Assembly (NCBI GenBank): GCA_041157105.1
Contig: JBEBDF010000002.1
Span: 2,494 to 66,493 of the forward strand
DNA length: 64,000 nucleotides
Direction: 5' to 3'
Source of the DNA: Bacteroidota bacterium
Lineage (GTDB): Bacteria > Bacteroidota > Bacteroidia > Cytophagales > Spirosomataceae
Shown here: positions 8,395 through 20,432 of the stretch, piece after piece
Layout of the letters: each line of letters starts with the position of its first letter
Position numbering within the stretch: the first letter of the stretch is position 1
Translations under genes and position numbers: made by a program
The notes under the pieces: model-generated
What the model was told of the DNA's origin: nothing
Database searches by the model: none
Seen by the model: the letters and a program-made list of their open reading frames with translations, nothing else

Positions 8395-9159
8395 ATGAAA
8401 AACGCATTTGATTTATCTGGAAAGGTAGCACTCGTAACGGGTTGTAAAAGAGGCATAGGGATGGCGATGGCTTTGGGGCTAGCGGAGGCTGGTGCCGATA
8501 TCATTGGAGTTTCGGCTTCATTAGAATTGTCAGGATCTGACATTGAAAAAGAAGTTGTCGGTCTGGGTCGGAAATTCAAAGCCTACCAGGCAGACTTCTC
8601 TAACCGCGATTCTTTTTATGCTTTTATCAAGCAAGTAAAAGCTGATTTTCCGCGTATCGATATTTTAGTCAATAATGCGGGTACTATATTGCGTAATCCA
8701 GCGGCGGAGCATTCGGATGAGTTTTGGGATGAGGTATTAGAGGTGAATCTTTCGTCTCAATTTATCTTAAGTAGAGAGATCGGTTCTGCTATGCTAGCAC
8801 AGGGTTCAGGTAAAATTATTTTTACAGCCTCTCTTTTGAGTTTCCAAGGTGGAATTAACGTGCCGGGTTACGCAGCCAGCAAAGGCGGAATTGCCCGTTT
8901 AACAATGGCATTAGCGAACGAGTGGGCAGGGAAGGGAGTGAATGTGAATGCGATTGCTCCAGGTTATATTTCCACAGATAATACAGCAGCCTTGCGAGAA
9001 GATAAAGACCGTAGCAGCTCTATTTTAGGACGAATTCCGGCAGGACGTTGGGGAGAACCTGAGGACTTTAAAGGTCCAGTGGTTTTCTTAGCATCGGATG
9101 CCTCTAATTATGTACATGGAACCATATTAACCGTTGATGGCGGCTGGATGGGCCGATAA
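8395..9159 (+). CDS. kduD: 2-dehydro-3-deoxy-D-gluconate 5-dehydrogenase (SDR)
   Basis: TGCKRGIG, NNAG, ASLLSFQGGINVPGYAASK, VDGGWMGR; flanked by GH105 and GH88. Confidence 0.85.
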   Translation: MKNAFDLSGKVALVTGCKRGIGMAMALGLAEAGADIIGVSASLELSGSDIEKEVVGLGRKFKAYQADFSNRDSFYAFIKQVKADFPRIDILVNNAGTILRNPAAEHSDEFWDEVLEVNLSSQFILSREIGSAMLAQGSGKIIFTASLLSFQGGINVPGYAASKGGIARLTMALANEWAGKGVNVNAIAPGYISTDNTAALREDKDRSSSILGRIPAGRWGEPEDFKGPVVFLASDASNYVHGTILTVDGGWMGR

Positions 9160-9160
9160 A

Positions 9161-9299
9161 AGTCCGAAGTCAAAAGTCCGGAGTCTGTAGGAAAAAGTAG
9201 TTTGTTTGAATTTTTAAGTAATGAGTAAATATCATTTTAAAAGTTTTTTATAAATAGTAATTTTTAGCAATTTTCCTTCGGACTCTTTTCCTCCGGACT
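9161..9299. repeat. AGTCCGRAG repeat pair and inverted copies flanking an AT-rich core
   Basis: AGTCCGAAGTC and AGTCCGGAGTC at 9161-9185; CTTCGGACT and CTCCGGACT at 9276-9299. Confidence 0.85.
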
Positions 9300-9311
9300 G
9301 AACTTAATCCT

Positions 9312-10472
9312 ATGAAAAAAATCTTATCTCTCATTTTAATCTCCACCTCCCTTTTCGCACAGAAAATAGACGTGGATAAACAAATCGCTTTAGCTGGTCA
9401 ACAATATCAATTGATGCTAGCTGCCCGACCAGATACGAGCACAACGATTCACTCCGCAAAACAAGATGGTACCTATAGCAATAAGCCGTCTAGCTGGTGG
9501 TGTTCTGGATTTTTCCCGGGAGGACTTTGGTTCTTATATGAAAAAACGAAAGACCCGAAATGGGAATCTGCGGCGCGTTTATGGACCGCAGCGGTGAAGA
9601 AGGAGCAATACAATACAGGAACGCACGATCTTGGCTTTATGATGTACGATTCTTTCGGGAATGGCTTGCGCTTGACCAAAGATCCAGAATACAAGAAGGT
9701 ATTGATCCAGTCGGCGAAGTCCCTAGCAACACGTTTTGACCCGAAGATTGGTTTGATTAAGTCTTGGAATGGTTTTAAAGGTGGTTATAAATATCCGGTT
9801 ATCATCGATAATATGATGAACTTGGAATTGTTATTCTGGGCGTCGCGTGAGACGGGTGATCCGCGCTTTAAGGAGATTGCGATCATTCACGCGGATAATA
9901 CGATAAAGCATCATTTTAGACCGGATTATTCGAGCTATCACGTGATTTGCTATGATGTGGATGGAAAGGTTTTGGCCAAAAAACAACACCAAGGCTACCA
10001 AGACGAGTCTACCTGGACACGTGGACATGCCTGGGCAATGTATGGCTATGTGGAAATGTACCGCAATACGAAGGATAAAAAATACCTAGACTTCGCGCAA
10101 AAAATCTCCGATTTCTATTTGAATCACCCTAATATGCCATCTGATAAGATTCCATACTGGGATTTCTATGCGCCTAATATCCCTACAGAGGAGCGTGATG
10201 CTTCGGCAGGTGCGATTGCAGCGTCTGCTTTGTTAGAATTGAGCACGTATTCTGGAGAGAAAGGGAAGCGTTATTATGCGGATGCGGTTAAGATGTTAGA
10301 GTCACTTTCATCGCCTGCTTACCGAGCGGCTTTGGGTGAAAATAATCACTTCTTGATCAAGCACTGTGTAGGCGCGAAATCCTTGAATTCAGAGATTGAT
10401 GTGCCGTTAATCTACGCAGATTACTATTATTTAGAAGGCTTGTTGCGCTACCAAAAAATGGCCAAAAAATAG
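9312..10472 (+). CDS. Glycoside hydrolase family 88 (unsaturated glucuronyl hydrolase)
   Basis: WWCSGFFPG, HDLGFM, IIDNMMNL, WTRGHAW, RDASAGAI. Confidence 0.92.
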   Translation: MKKILSLILISTSLFAQKIDVDKQIALAGQQYQLMLAARPDTSTTIHSAKQDGTYSNKPSSWWCSGFFPGGLWFLYEKTKDPKWESAARLWTAAVKKEQYNTGTHDLGFMMYDSFGNGLRLTKDPEYKKVLIQSAKSLATRFDPKIGLIKSWNGFKGGYKYPVIIDNMMNLELLFWASRETGDPRFKEIAIIHADNTIKHHFRPDYSSYHVICYDVDGKVLAKKQHQGYQDESTWTRGHAWAMYGYVEMYRNTKDKKYLDFAQKISDFYLNHPNMPSDKIPYWDFYAPNIPTEERDASAGAIAASALLELSTYSGEKGKRYYADAVKMLESLSSPAYRAALGENNHFLIKHCVGAKSLNSEIDVPLIYADYYYLEGLLRYQKMAKK

Positions 10473-10495
10473 ACGGCTTTTTGGGCTGAATTTCG

Positions 10496-10503
10496 TACCT
10501 TTG
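10496..10503 (+). promoter_or_regulatory. Bacteroidota -7 promoter element for purH
   Basis: TACCTTTG (TAnnTTTG consensus) 24 nt upstream of ATG 10528. Confidence 0.7.
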
Positions 10504-10527
10504 AGGCTTCATTTTTTATCAAGCCTC

Positions 10528-12051
10528 ATGTCAGTTAAGAAAATTCAATCAGCCTTAATTTCGGTTTATTACAAGGACGGTTTAGCGCCTATCATTCAAG
10601 AACTTCATAAAAACGGAGTGACACTTTATTCTACGGGAGGGACGCAGTCTTTCATCGAAGAATTAGGTATTCCAGTGATTGCAGTAGAAGATTTAACGGG
10701 ATATCCGTCGATCTTTGGCGGTCGCGTGAAGACCTTGCACCCGAAGGTTTTTGGTGGAATTTTGCATCGTCGTGATTTAGCTGAGGATGTGGCTGTTGCT
10801 AAACAATACGATATTCCAGCTTTGGATTTAGTGATGGTGGATTTATATCCATTCGAAGAAACAGTAGCTTCCGGAGCATCTGATGAGGATATTATTGAAA
10901 AAATTGACATCGGTGGTATTTCATTGATCCGCGGTGGTGCGAAGAATTTTAACGATGTTTTGATCGTTTCTTCTCGGGATCAATACGCCGAAGTTTCTGC
11001 GATTTTTGCGGCACACGGTTCTACTTCGACGACTTTAGAAGAGCGTAGACGTTTTGCGGGTAAAGCTTTCGCGGTTTCATCACACTACGATGGAGCGATT
11101 CAACGTTATTTTGCAGGCCAAACAGCAGATCTAGCAAATTACACGACATTGCCAGCACACGGTTTGCGTTATGGAGAAAACCCCCACCAACAAGGTAAAT
11201 TCTATGGAGATTTAACTGCCTTATTTGATAAGCTGCATGGTAAGGAATTGTCTTACAATAACTTAGTCGATGTGGATGCATGTCTTTCTCTTTTAGACGA
11301 GTTTGAAGAGACTGCTTTCGTGATTATTAAGCACATGAACGCTTGTGGCGTCGCCACTGGTTCAACGGTGAAAGAGGCCTACGATAAAGCGCTTTCTTGT
11401 GATCCGATTTCGGCTTTCGGTGGTGTTTTAGCGACAAACAATACCGTGGACAAAGCAGCGGCTGTGTCAATCAATCCATTGTTCTGTGAGATTCTCATTG
11501 CGCCAGACTTTACTCAGGAGGCTTTGGAAATATTAATGACGAAGAAAAATCGTATTTTATTGAAGCGTAACCAAGTGGAATTCCCGAAAGTAATGTTCAA
11601 AACATTGTTAAATGGTGTTTTAGAGCAGGACAAGGATTTAGTGATGGAAGGCGTGGAAGATTTTAAAACGGTGACCAAACGCATTCCTACGGATGAGCAG
11701 AAGCGCGCTTTGGCCTTCGCATTAAAGATCTGTAAGCATACTAAGTCGAATACCATCATTTTAGCGAATGACGGTCAGTTGTTAGCCTCAGGAGTAGGCC
11801 AAACTTCCAGAGTAGACGCCTTGAAGCAAGCGATCGACAAAGCAAAGGAATTTGGATTTGATTTAAACGGCGCGGTGATGGCATCGGATGCTTTCTTCCC
11901 CTTCCCAGATTGCGTAGAAATTGCTGGAAATGCAGGAATTGTGGCAGTTACACAGCCGGGTGGATCGATAAAAGATCAAGATTCAATTGATTACTGCGAT
12001 GCAAATAATTTAGCCATGGTGATGACAGGAATTCGTCACTTTAAACACTAG
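10528..12051 (+). CDS. purH: Bifunctional AICAR transformylase/IMP cyclohydrolase
   Basis: STGGT, GGRVKTLHP, IDIGG, LRYGENPHQ, SDAFFPF, RHFKH. Confidence 0.97.
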   Translation: MSVKKIQSALISVYYKDGLAPIIQELHKNGVTLYSTGGTQSFIEELGIPVIAVEDLTGYPSIFGGRVKTLHPKVFGGILHRRDLAEDVAVAKQYDIPALDLVMVDLYPFEETVASGASDEDIIEKIDIGGISLIRGGAKNFNDVLIVSSRDQYAEVSAIFAAHGSTSTTLEERRRFAGKAFAVSSHYDGAIQRYFAGQTADLANYTTLPAHGLRYGENPHQQGKFYGDLTALFDKLHGKELSYNNLVDVDACLSLLDEFEETAFVIIKHMNACGVATGSTVKEAYDKALSCDPISAFGGVLATNNTVDKAAAVSINPLFCEILIAPDFTQEALEILMTKKNRILLKRNQVEFPKVMFKTLLNGVLEQDKDLVMEGVEDFKTVTKRIPTDEQKRALAFALKICKHTKSNTIILANDGQLLASGVGQTSRVDALKQAIDKAKEFGFDLNGAVMASDAFFPFPDCVEIAGNAGIVAVTQPGGSIKDQDSIDYCDANNLAMVMTGIRHFKH

Positions 12052-12113
12052 GATTTTTCGGTTAAAAATTATATTTTTAGGATTAAATTCAACAACATAT
12101 GCGGAGGCCTTAA

Positions 12114-14114
<2,001 letters not shown>

Positions 14115-14115
14115 A

Positions 14116-14334
14116 ATGAATTTTGATTTTAAGTCCTACCATTTGCGTGGAATACACGCCGAAACCTTGGAGGAAAAACAAGTGATAAATCAAGAATTGA
14201 AGGACTTTTACAATTCCTTAACAGAAGAAGATAAGCGCTTGTTTAATTTAGATCTTCAGAAATTCTTGGCCACTGAAATGGGGCGTTTGGGTTCTGATTA
14301 TCAAGCGATCAAAAATCAACTACCCACTGAATAA
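14116..14334 (+). CDS. Hypothetical protein (72 aa)
   Basis: Exactly fills the gap between the gyrB stop and the ppk1 start (1 and 0 nt spacing). Confidence 0.75.
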   Translation: MNFDFKSYHLRGIHAETLEEKQVINQELKDFYNSLTEEDKRLFNLDLQKFLATEMGRLGSDYQAIKNQLPTE

Positions 14335-16611
14335 ATGAGTGAATTAGATAAAATACTGAAACACGATGCAACAAAAGATTCCCTTACCGGGAATCTTTTG
14401 TCTTTACTTACGCCTACGAATTGGAAAATTAATTTGATGGCTCCTCGTGAGCAAAATCGAAAGGTGGACAAATCGACCCAAAAGTCGAATGACACCATCG
14501 CAAAGGCGAAGTTCATTTCTCGGGATTTATCTTGGTTGAAATTTGATGAGCGTGTTTTAGACCAGGCTAGAGATAGCTCTAAGTCACTTTTTGATCGTTT
14601 GAAATTCTTAGCGATTACGGCCTCTAATCTGGATGAGTTTTTCACCATCCGTATGGGCTCGTTATATAATTACATTGATTTAGGGAAAGAGCGTACGGAT
14701 TATTGCGGATTACGCGAAGTACCTTTCAAACAAGCTATCATAAATCAGGCTCAGGAATTCACGCAGGAAAAGCACCGTCTTTTCATGGAAGAAATCTTGC
14801 CCTTGTTTCCGGAGAATGGACTTTTATTAGCATGTTTAGATGATTTAGAGGAGGAGGAAAAAGAAGAGGTAGCTACTTATTTTCAGCGGACGATCTATCC
14901 GATGTTGACACCGATGGTGTTTGACCATACGCATACATTTCCTTCTTTATTAGCGAAGACCTTGATTTTTGGGGTAGTGACTTTGGGTGTTTCTGACAAG
15001 AAGAAGACGAGAAATGAGAAAGAGCAAAAGATTTCTTTTGTCCAAATTCCATTAAATCTGAAACGATTCTATGTCATTGAACGAGATGATAAGGTACTCT
15101 TTTTACCCATTGAAGAGATTATTCGCCACCACTTGCAGATTTTGTATCGTAACGTAGAGATTGAATCGACTACTTTATTCCGTATTACAAGGAATGGGGA
15201 TTTTGATTTAGTGGAACACGAAGATTCGGATACAGATTTTGTGGATGAAGTGAAGAAGAAGATTAAAGACCGCCGTTTGGGTCGAGTGACGCGGGTAGAG
15301 GTGGAGAAATTCCATTCGGAATTCTTACTTACGGAGATGTTGAAACGCTGGAATTTAGAGAAAGAGGACATTTTTGTAAAAAAATCAATTCTAGATTTCA
15401 CCTCTTTTTGGCAAATTCTAAGACACCCAGAATTTAAGTCTTCATTAGCGGTAAATCCAGCTGTAGTTCCGGCTTTAGGTCTGAAATCGGTCGTGATTGA
15501 TGATATATTTGATACAATTAAACGAGGAGATATTTTATTACATCATCCTTATAATAATTTTGAGCCTGTAATTCAATTACTCGAGCAGGCGGCTGATGAC
15601 CCCAAAGTTTTAGCTATCAAAATTACCTTGTATCGGATTTCTAAAAACTCGCGGATTTCAAGCGCTTTATTGCGAGCGGCAGAACAAGGAAAACACGTTT
15701 CAGTTTTGTTTGAGGTGAAGGCCCGTTTTGATGAGGAAAACAATATCAAAGAGGCAACTAAATTACAAAAAGCAGGATGTTTCGTGATTTATGGTATTCC
15801 TGGTTTGAAAACCCATACAAAGTTATTGCAAGTTATTCGAAGCGAGGGGAATCACGTGGTGAGTTATGCGCACCTTTCCTCAGGAAATTACAATGAGGAT
15901 ACTGCTAAGCTGTACACGGATATAGGTCTTTTGACTACCGATACACGGATTACGCAAGATATTTCTGAATTCTTTAATGTAATTACGGGTCATTCAATGC
16001 CCACACATTACGAGCATTTAATTACGGCTCCCAGGGATATGCGGAATCGATTAATTGAGATGATCGAGAATGAAGTGAAGAATCACAAGGAAGGGAAACC
16101 GGCAGGAATTTGTTGGAAGATCAATTCCTTGCAAGATTTAAAGACAATGGATGCACTTTATAAGGCTTCTCAAGCAGGGTTGCCAGTTTTATTGATCGTT
16201 CGCGGTATCTGTTGCTTACGTCCTCAGCGAAAAGGATTGTCTGAAAATATCTTTATTAAATCGATTGTAGGGGAGTATTTGGAGCATACCCGTCTCTATT
16301 ATTTCCACAATGCGGGAGATCCTAAAATTTATGGAGGCAGTGCAGATGTGATGGTTCGAAGTTTTGATAGACGTATAGAATCACTTTTTGAAATGGTGAA
16401 TACACGCGCTAAAAATTTGGCGATAACCATCTTAGATTGGAATCTACGAGATACGAAGAATTCGTATGAAATGCAGGAGGATGGCACCTATTGGAAGATT
16501 GAGAGTGATGAGCCATTTGATATCCACACGAAATTTTTCGAAATCAAAGAGGAGGATTTGGTTGAGGGCTTAGCTTTTGATAAATTTACTATTAGCCTTG
16601 AAACGAAATAG
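14335..16611 (+). CDS. ppk1: Polyphosphate kinase 1
   Basis: SRDLSWL, SNLDEFF, LLHHPY, KARFDEENNI, KTHTK, IVRGICCL, EHTR. Confidence 0.95.
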   Translation: MSELDKILKHDATKDSLTGNLLSLLTPTNWKINLMAPREQNRKVDKSTQKSNDTIAKAKFISRDLSWLKFDERVLDQARDSSKSLFDRLKFLAITASNLDEFFTIRMGSLYNYIDLGKERTDYCGLREVPFKQAIINQAQEFTQEKHRLFMEEILPLFPENGLLLACLDDLEEEEKEEVATYFQRTIYPMLTPMVFDHTHTFPSLLAKTLIFGVVTLGVSDKKKTRNEKEQKISFVQIPLNLKRFYVIERDDKVLFLPIEEIIRHHLQILYRNVEIESTTLFRITRNGDFDLVEHEDSDTDFVDEVKKKIKDRRLGRVTRVEVEKFHSEFLLTEMLKRWNLEKEDIFVKKSILDFTSFWQILRHPEFKSSLAVNPAVVPALGLKSVVIDDIFDTIKRGDILLHHPYNNFEPVIQLLEQAADDPKVLAIKITLYRISKNSRISSALLRAAEQGKHVSVLFEVKARFDEENNIKEATKLQKAGCFVIYGIPGLKTHTKLLQVIRSEGNHVVSYAHLSSGNYNEDTAKLYTDIGLLTTDTRITQDISEFFNVITGHSMPTHYEHLITAPRDMRNRLIEMIENEVKNHKEGKPAGICWKINSLQDLKTMDALYKASQAGLPVLLIVRGICCLRPQRKGLSENIFIKSIVGEYLEHTRLYYFHNAGDPKIYGGSADVMVRSFDRRIESLFEMVNTRAKNLAITILDWNLRDTKNSYEMQEDGTYWKIESDEPFDIHTKFFEIKEEDLVEGLAFDKFTISLETK

Positions 16612-16635
16612 GCGAATTACACCAACAAATAACAC

Positions 16636-17874
16636 ATGGAAAGATTTACAGGATTGCTCGGTATCGTATTGATTTTGGGCGTATCATTTTTGATGTCGAA
16701 TAACCGAAAAGCGATCAATTACCGGACGGTAGGTGTGGGTCTTTTATTACAAGTATTATTAGCGGTCTTCATATTGAAGACGGAAGTAGGCCAAAACCTG
16801 TTTCAGTGGCTAGGTGATTCCATCAATACGCTGTTAGGTCAAGCTGATAAGGGAGCACAATTCGTGTTCGGTTCATTAGTGAACCGTGATTTGATGATCA
16901 AGGCTTTCGGTCCGGGAAATGACTATATTTTCTTCTTTAAAGTGGTTCCTACCATCATTTTTGTGGCGGTTTTAGTGAATATGTTCTATCACCTTGGAGT
17001 GCTTCAACGTGTCGTTTCTTTCATGGGCAAGGGGGTGCACTGGCTGATGGGCGTGAGTGGGGCAGAGGCACTTTCGAACGTGGCCTCCACGTTCGTAGGT
17101 CAAGTAGAGGCCCAAATCATGATCAAGCCCTATTTAAAGAACATGACGAATTCGGAGCTGATGGCTTCGATGACGGGATCTTTCGCCTGCATCGCAGGTG
17201 GAGTTATGGCTGTTTATATTTCCTTAGGAGTTCCAGCAGCTTATTTATTAGCAGCTAGTTTAATGGCAGCACCTGGTGCTTTGGTTATCTCTAAAATCAT
17301 GTTCCCTGAAACGGAGAAGTCTGAGACGGAGGGTGAAGTGAAATTAGAATTATCGAAAACGCATGCGAATTTAGTGGATGCGATTGCTGCAGGAGCAAGT
17401 GAGGGCTTAAAAGTGGGTTTGAATGTGATCGCCATGTTAATCGGTTTTATTGCGTTGATTGCTCTTGTTGATTTAGGCTTGGGATACATCGGTGCCTTGG
17501 TGAATTACCCTGAATTATCAATGAATACGATTTTAGGCAAGGTATTCTCGGTCTTTGCCTTTGCGATGGGTGTTCCAGCACAAGATGTGGAGGTCGCTGG
17601 TGCATTGATGGGAAAGAAGATGGTGGTAAATGAGTTCGTTGCTTATTTAGATATGGTGAAGTTGAAGGATACATTAGATCCTAAGACGATTGCAATTACC
17701 AGCTTTGCCCTTTGCGGATTTGCTAATTTCTCTTCCGTAGCTATCCAAATTGGGGGTATCGGGGAATTAGCTCCTTCCCGTCGTTCAGACTTAGCTAAAT
17801 TAGGATTTAAAGCCTTAATCGCGGGTACTTTAGCTTCTTACTTATCTGCAACCCTAGCTGGTTTATTATTGTAA
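16636..17874 (+). CDS. nupC: NupC/CNT concentrative nucleoside transporter
   Basis: FVGQVEA, ASLMAAPG, NEFVAY, ALCGFANFSS. Confidence 0.9.
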   Translation: MERFTGLLGIVLILGVSFLMSNNRKAINYRTVGVGLLLQVLLAVFILKTEVGQNLFQWLGDSINTLLGQADKGAQFVFGSLVNRDLMIKAFGPGNDYIFFFKVVPTIIFVAVLVNMFYHLGVLQRVVSFMGKGVHWLMGVSGAEALSNVASTFVGQVEAQIMIKPYLKNMTNSELMASMTGSFACIAGGVMAVYISLGVPAAYLLAASLMAAPGALVISKIMFPETEKSETEGEVKLELSKTHANLVDAIAAGASEGLKVGLNVIAMLIGFIALIALVDLGLGYIGALVNYPELSMNTILGKVFSVFAFAMGVPAQDVEVAGALMGKKMVVNEFVAYLDMVKLKDTLDPKTIAITSFALCGFANFSSVAIQIGGIGELAPSRRSDLAKLGFKALIAGTLASYLSATLAGLLL

Positions 17875-17875
17875 T

Positions 17876-19828
17876 ATGCGCATTGATCCCGAAACCGTCG
17901 AGCGAATAAAGCAAACGGCTGCGGTGGCAGACGTGATCGGGGATTATGTAACTATCAAGAAAAAAGGCGCGAACTATTGGGCTTGCTGTCCTTTTCACGG
18001 TGAGAAAACGCCTTCCTTTTCTATCTCTCCAGCGAAGGGAATCTACAAATGTTTTGGTTGTGGTAAGGCTGGAGATTCTGTGCGTTTTGTCATGGATATG
18101 GAAGGTCTTGGATATGGGGAGGCATTACGTCATTTGGCCAAAAAATACGGTATCGATATCCAAGAAGAGGAAATGACTGACGACCAGCTAGTTCGTCAAA
18201 ACGAACGAGAGAGTCTACTCATCATCCTCGAATACGCGAAGGAATTCTTTAAAAAGCAATTATACGATACCGACGAAGGTAAGTCCATCGCGCTTCCTTA
18301 TTTCAAAGAGCGTGGTTTTTCTGATGCAACCCTACAATCTTTCGATTTAGGTTACAGCCCGGAAGCTTGGGATGCCTTCTTAAAATCAGCACTTAAACAA
18401 GGCTTTTCTCAGGAAATCATTGAAAAGGCGGGACTAGTTACACAAAAAAATGACGATGGGAAGGTCTATGACCGATTCCGAAATCGAGTAATTTTTCCGA
18501 TTCACAACGTATCGGGAAAGATTATCGCTTTTGGAGCTCGTATACTTCGTAATGATGCGAAGAATCAGGCTAAATACCTGAATTCACCGGAAACGGAAGT
18601 CTACCACAAATCAGCCACTTTATATGGCATCTCACAAGCAAAGAATGAGATCCGGGCTAAAGATGTTTGCTATTTAGTAGAAGGTTATACCGACGTTATT
18701 TCCCTGCACCAGGCAGGCATTAAAAATGTGGTTGCGTCCTCAGGTACGTCGTTAACCATCGAGCAAATCAAGTTAATCGGTCGATTCACACAACATGTCA
18801 CTGTACTTTATGACGGTGATTCCGCAGGTATCAAAGCCGCTTTGCGTGGAATGGATTTGATACTCGAAGAAGGGTTACAGGTGAATTTAGTCGTTTTCCC
18901 GGAAGGAAATGATCCCGATTCCTTCGTTCGGAAAATCGGTTCAGAAGCCTTTGTGGACTATATTAAGAAAGAGGCAAAAGATGTCATTTCTTTTCAAGCG
19001 AATCTTTTCAAAGAAGAAGCAGGAGACGATCCCTTTAAGAAATCGGAGATGATTAAAGAAATGGTGCAGTCCATTTCCAAAATCCCAGATGCGATTCAAC
19101 GCAGCTTATTCATTCAAAAGACCGCTTCTATGATGCGGATGGATGAAGATGTCTTGTTAGCGGAATTAAATAAGATTCAGTTAAAGAAAATAAAAGGGGC
19201 TTCCAATGAGCCTCAACAAATTTCTTCACAGCAATATGCGGAGGTAAGAGATCTAATCGAACCAGTTCAGGGTGATCAGACGGTTGAAGTTCAAAATTTA
19301 GCCTATTACCAAGAATTAGAATGTGTTCGCTTGATGATTAATTATGGGCATTTGGAAATCAATCCAGAAAAGGCTCCAGGCTTAACGGTGGTTCATTATT
19401 TAATCGATGAACTAGAGGGTACTGTTTTTCAGACGCCTCTTTTTATTCGAATTCTGGATCTTTGTAAGCAAGAATTTGCAGCTCAGCGTTCACCTAAGCC
19501 CGATTTCTTTTTACATCATGCAGATGAGGAGATTCAGTCATTTTCCATCAATATCTCGTCTGATAAGCATTCCGTATCTTCCGAATGGAAGGATAAGCAC
19601 GAAATTCGGGTGAATTCGGATGAAGAGATGCTGGAGGATTTAGCCTATAAAAATGTGTTGCGTCTCCGTAAAGTGTATAATGATCAGCATTTACGGGAGG
19701 TACTTTCTAAATTGGATTCCTTACAAGCCGATTCTCCAGAGATGGATGGAGTCTTGTTAGAGTTTCTGCGTTTGAAGGAAATTCAAAAAAATATTTCTCA
19801 GGAATTAGGCACAGTAATCGAAAAATAG
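17876..19828 (+). CDS. dnaG: DNA primase
   Basis: CPFH...CFGC zinc finger, DRFRNR, KYLNSPET, VEGYTDV, YDGDSAG, DPD. Confidence 0.97.
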   Translation: MRIDPETVERIKQTAAVADVIGDYVTIKKKGANYWACCPFHGEKTPSFSISPAKGIYKCFGCGKAGDSVRFVMDMEGLGYGEALRHLAKKYGIDIQEEEMTDDQLVRQNERESLLIILEYAKEFFKKQLYDTDEGKSIALPYFKERGFSDATLQSFDLGYSPEAWDAFLKSALKQGFSQEIIEKAGLVTQKNDDGKVYDRFRNRVIFPIHNVSGKIIAFGARILRNDAKNQAKYLNSPETEVYHKSATLYGISQAKNEIRAKDVCYLVEGYTDVISLHQAGIKNVVASSGTSLTIEQIKLIGRFTQHVTVLYDGDSAGIKAALRGMDLILEEGLQVNLVVFPEGNDPDSFVRKIGSEAFVDYIKKEAKDVISFQANLFKEEAGDDPFKKSEMIKEMVQSISKIPDAIQRSLFIQKTASMMRMDEDVLLAELNKIQLKKIKGASNEPQQISSQQYAEVRDLIEPVQGDQTVEVQNLAYYQELECVRLMINYGHLEINPEKAPGLTVVHYLIDELEGTVFQTPLFIRILDLCKQEFAAQRSPKPDFFLHHADEEIQSFSINISSDKHSVSSEWKDKHEIRVNSDEEMLEDLAYKNVLRLRKVYNDQHLREVLSKLDSLQADSPEMDGVLLEFLRLKEIQKNISQELGTVIEK

Positions 19829-19830
19829 CC

Positions 19831-19838
19831 TATTTTTG
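19831..19838 (+). promoter_or_regulatory. Bacteroidota -7 promoter element
   Basis: TATTTTTG 7 nt upstream of ATG 19846. Confidence 0.6.
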
Positions 19839-19845
19839 CCTAGTT

Positions 19846-20364
19846 ATGAAGAAAATACTTGCCTTAATGCTATTCTCTGTACTGCTTTACCAAGCAGGCG
19901 GTTTCGCGTTGCAGTATCTTTCAGATGGAAATACAGTTTCCATTGATCCGGAAACGGAAGAAACGGTAGTCGTTAAAATTCCGATTAATTTACCTTACCA
20001 AACTGATTGGGTATCTGCTGAAGAAGTAGATGGATCAGTTCGACAAGGGGATGAATTCTATGAAATGAAGTCGCGTAAGGTCGAAAATGATACCTTAGTC
20101 ACTGTGATGGTGAAAGACCGGAATGCCCGCGAAAACTTCTTTGATTTAGCCGAGCAGGTAAATGAGCATCTAACAGATGAGCCTGGTTCTACTCCGGTTA
20201 AAACTAAATTAATTAATACCTTAGTGAAAGAATATTGTGCTAAGTCATCTGGTTGGGTTTTCTATATTTTAGATTGGCCTACATCTTTAGAGGCAATCAA
20301 TCATCCAATTTTACCCACTCAAGACTTCTCGTCTGCATTTTTCTCGCCGCCACGGCAAGCTTAA
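19846..20364 (+). CDS. Hypothetical exported protein with C-terminal FSPP motif (candidate arrest/leader protein)
   Basis: N-terminal hydrophobic segment, KIPINLPYQTDW...NDTL core, C-terminus AFFSPPRQA. Confidence 0.8.
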   Translation: MKKILALMLFSVLLYQAGGFALQYLSDGNTVSIDPETEETVVVKIPINLPYQTDWVSAEEVDGSVRQGDEFYEMKSRKVENDTLVTVMVKDRNARENFFDLAEQVNEHLTDEPGSTPVKTKLINTLVKEYCAKSSGWVFYILDWPTSLEAINHPILPTQDFSSAFFSPPRQA

Positions 20365-20380
20365 TTTTTATAATCTTTTT

Positions 20381-20404
20381 TTCTAGGACAGGAATGTCCT
20401 AGAA
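20381..20404 (+). promoter_or_regulatory. Perfect 10-bp intergenic hairpin without a downstream T-tract
   Basis: TTCTAGGACA-GGAA-TGTCCTAGAA. Confidence 0.7.
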
Positions 20405-20432
20405 CATCGTGTATTTTTTAAAAATTAAGCAA

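Noticed and set aside
3991-9299. CRISPR array interpretation of the short repeats
   Set aside because: Units are 7-14 nt, degenerate and inverted, with no unique spacers and no cas genes.
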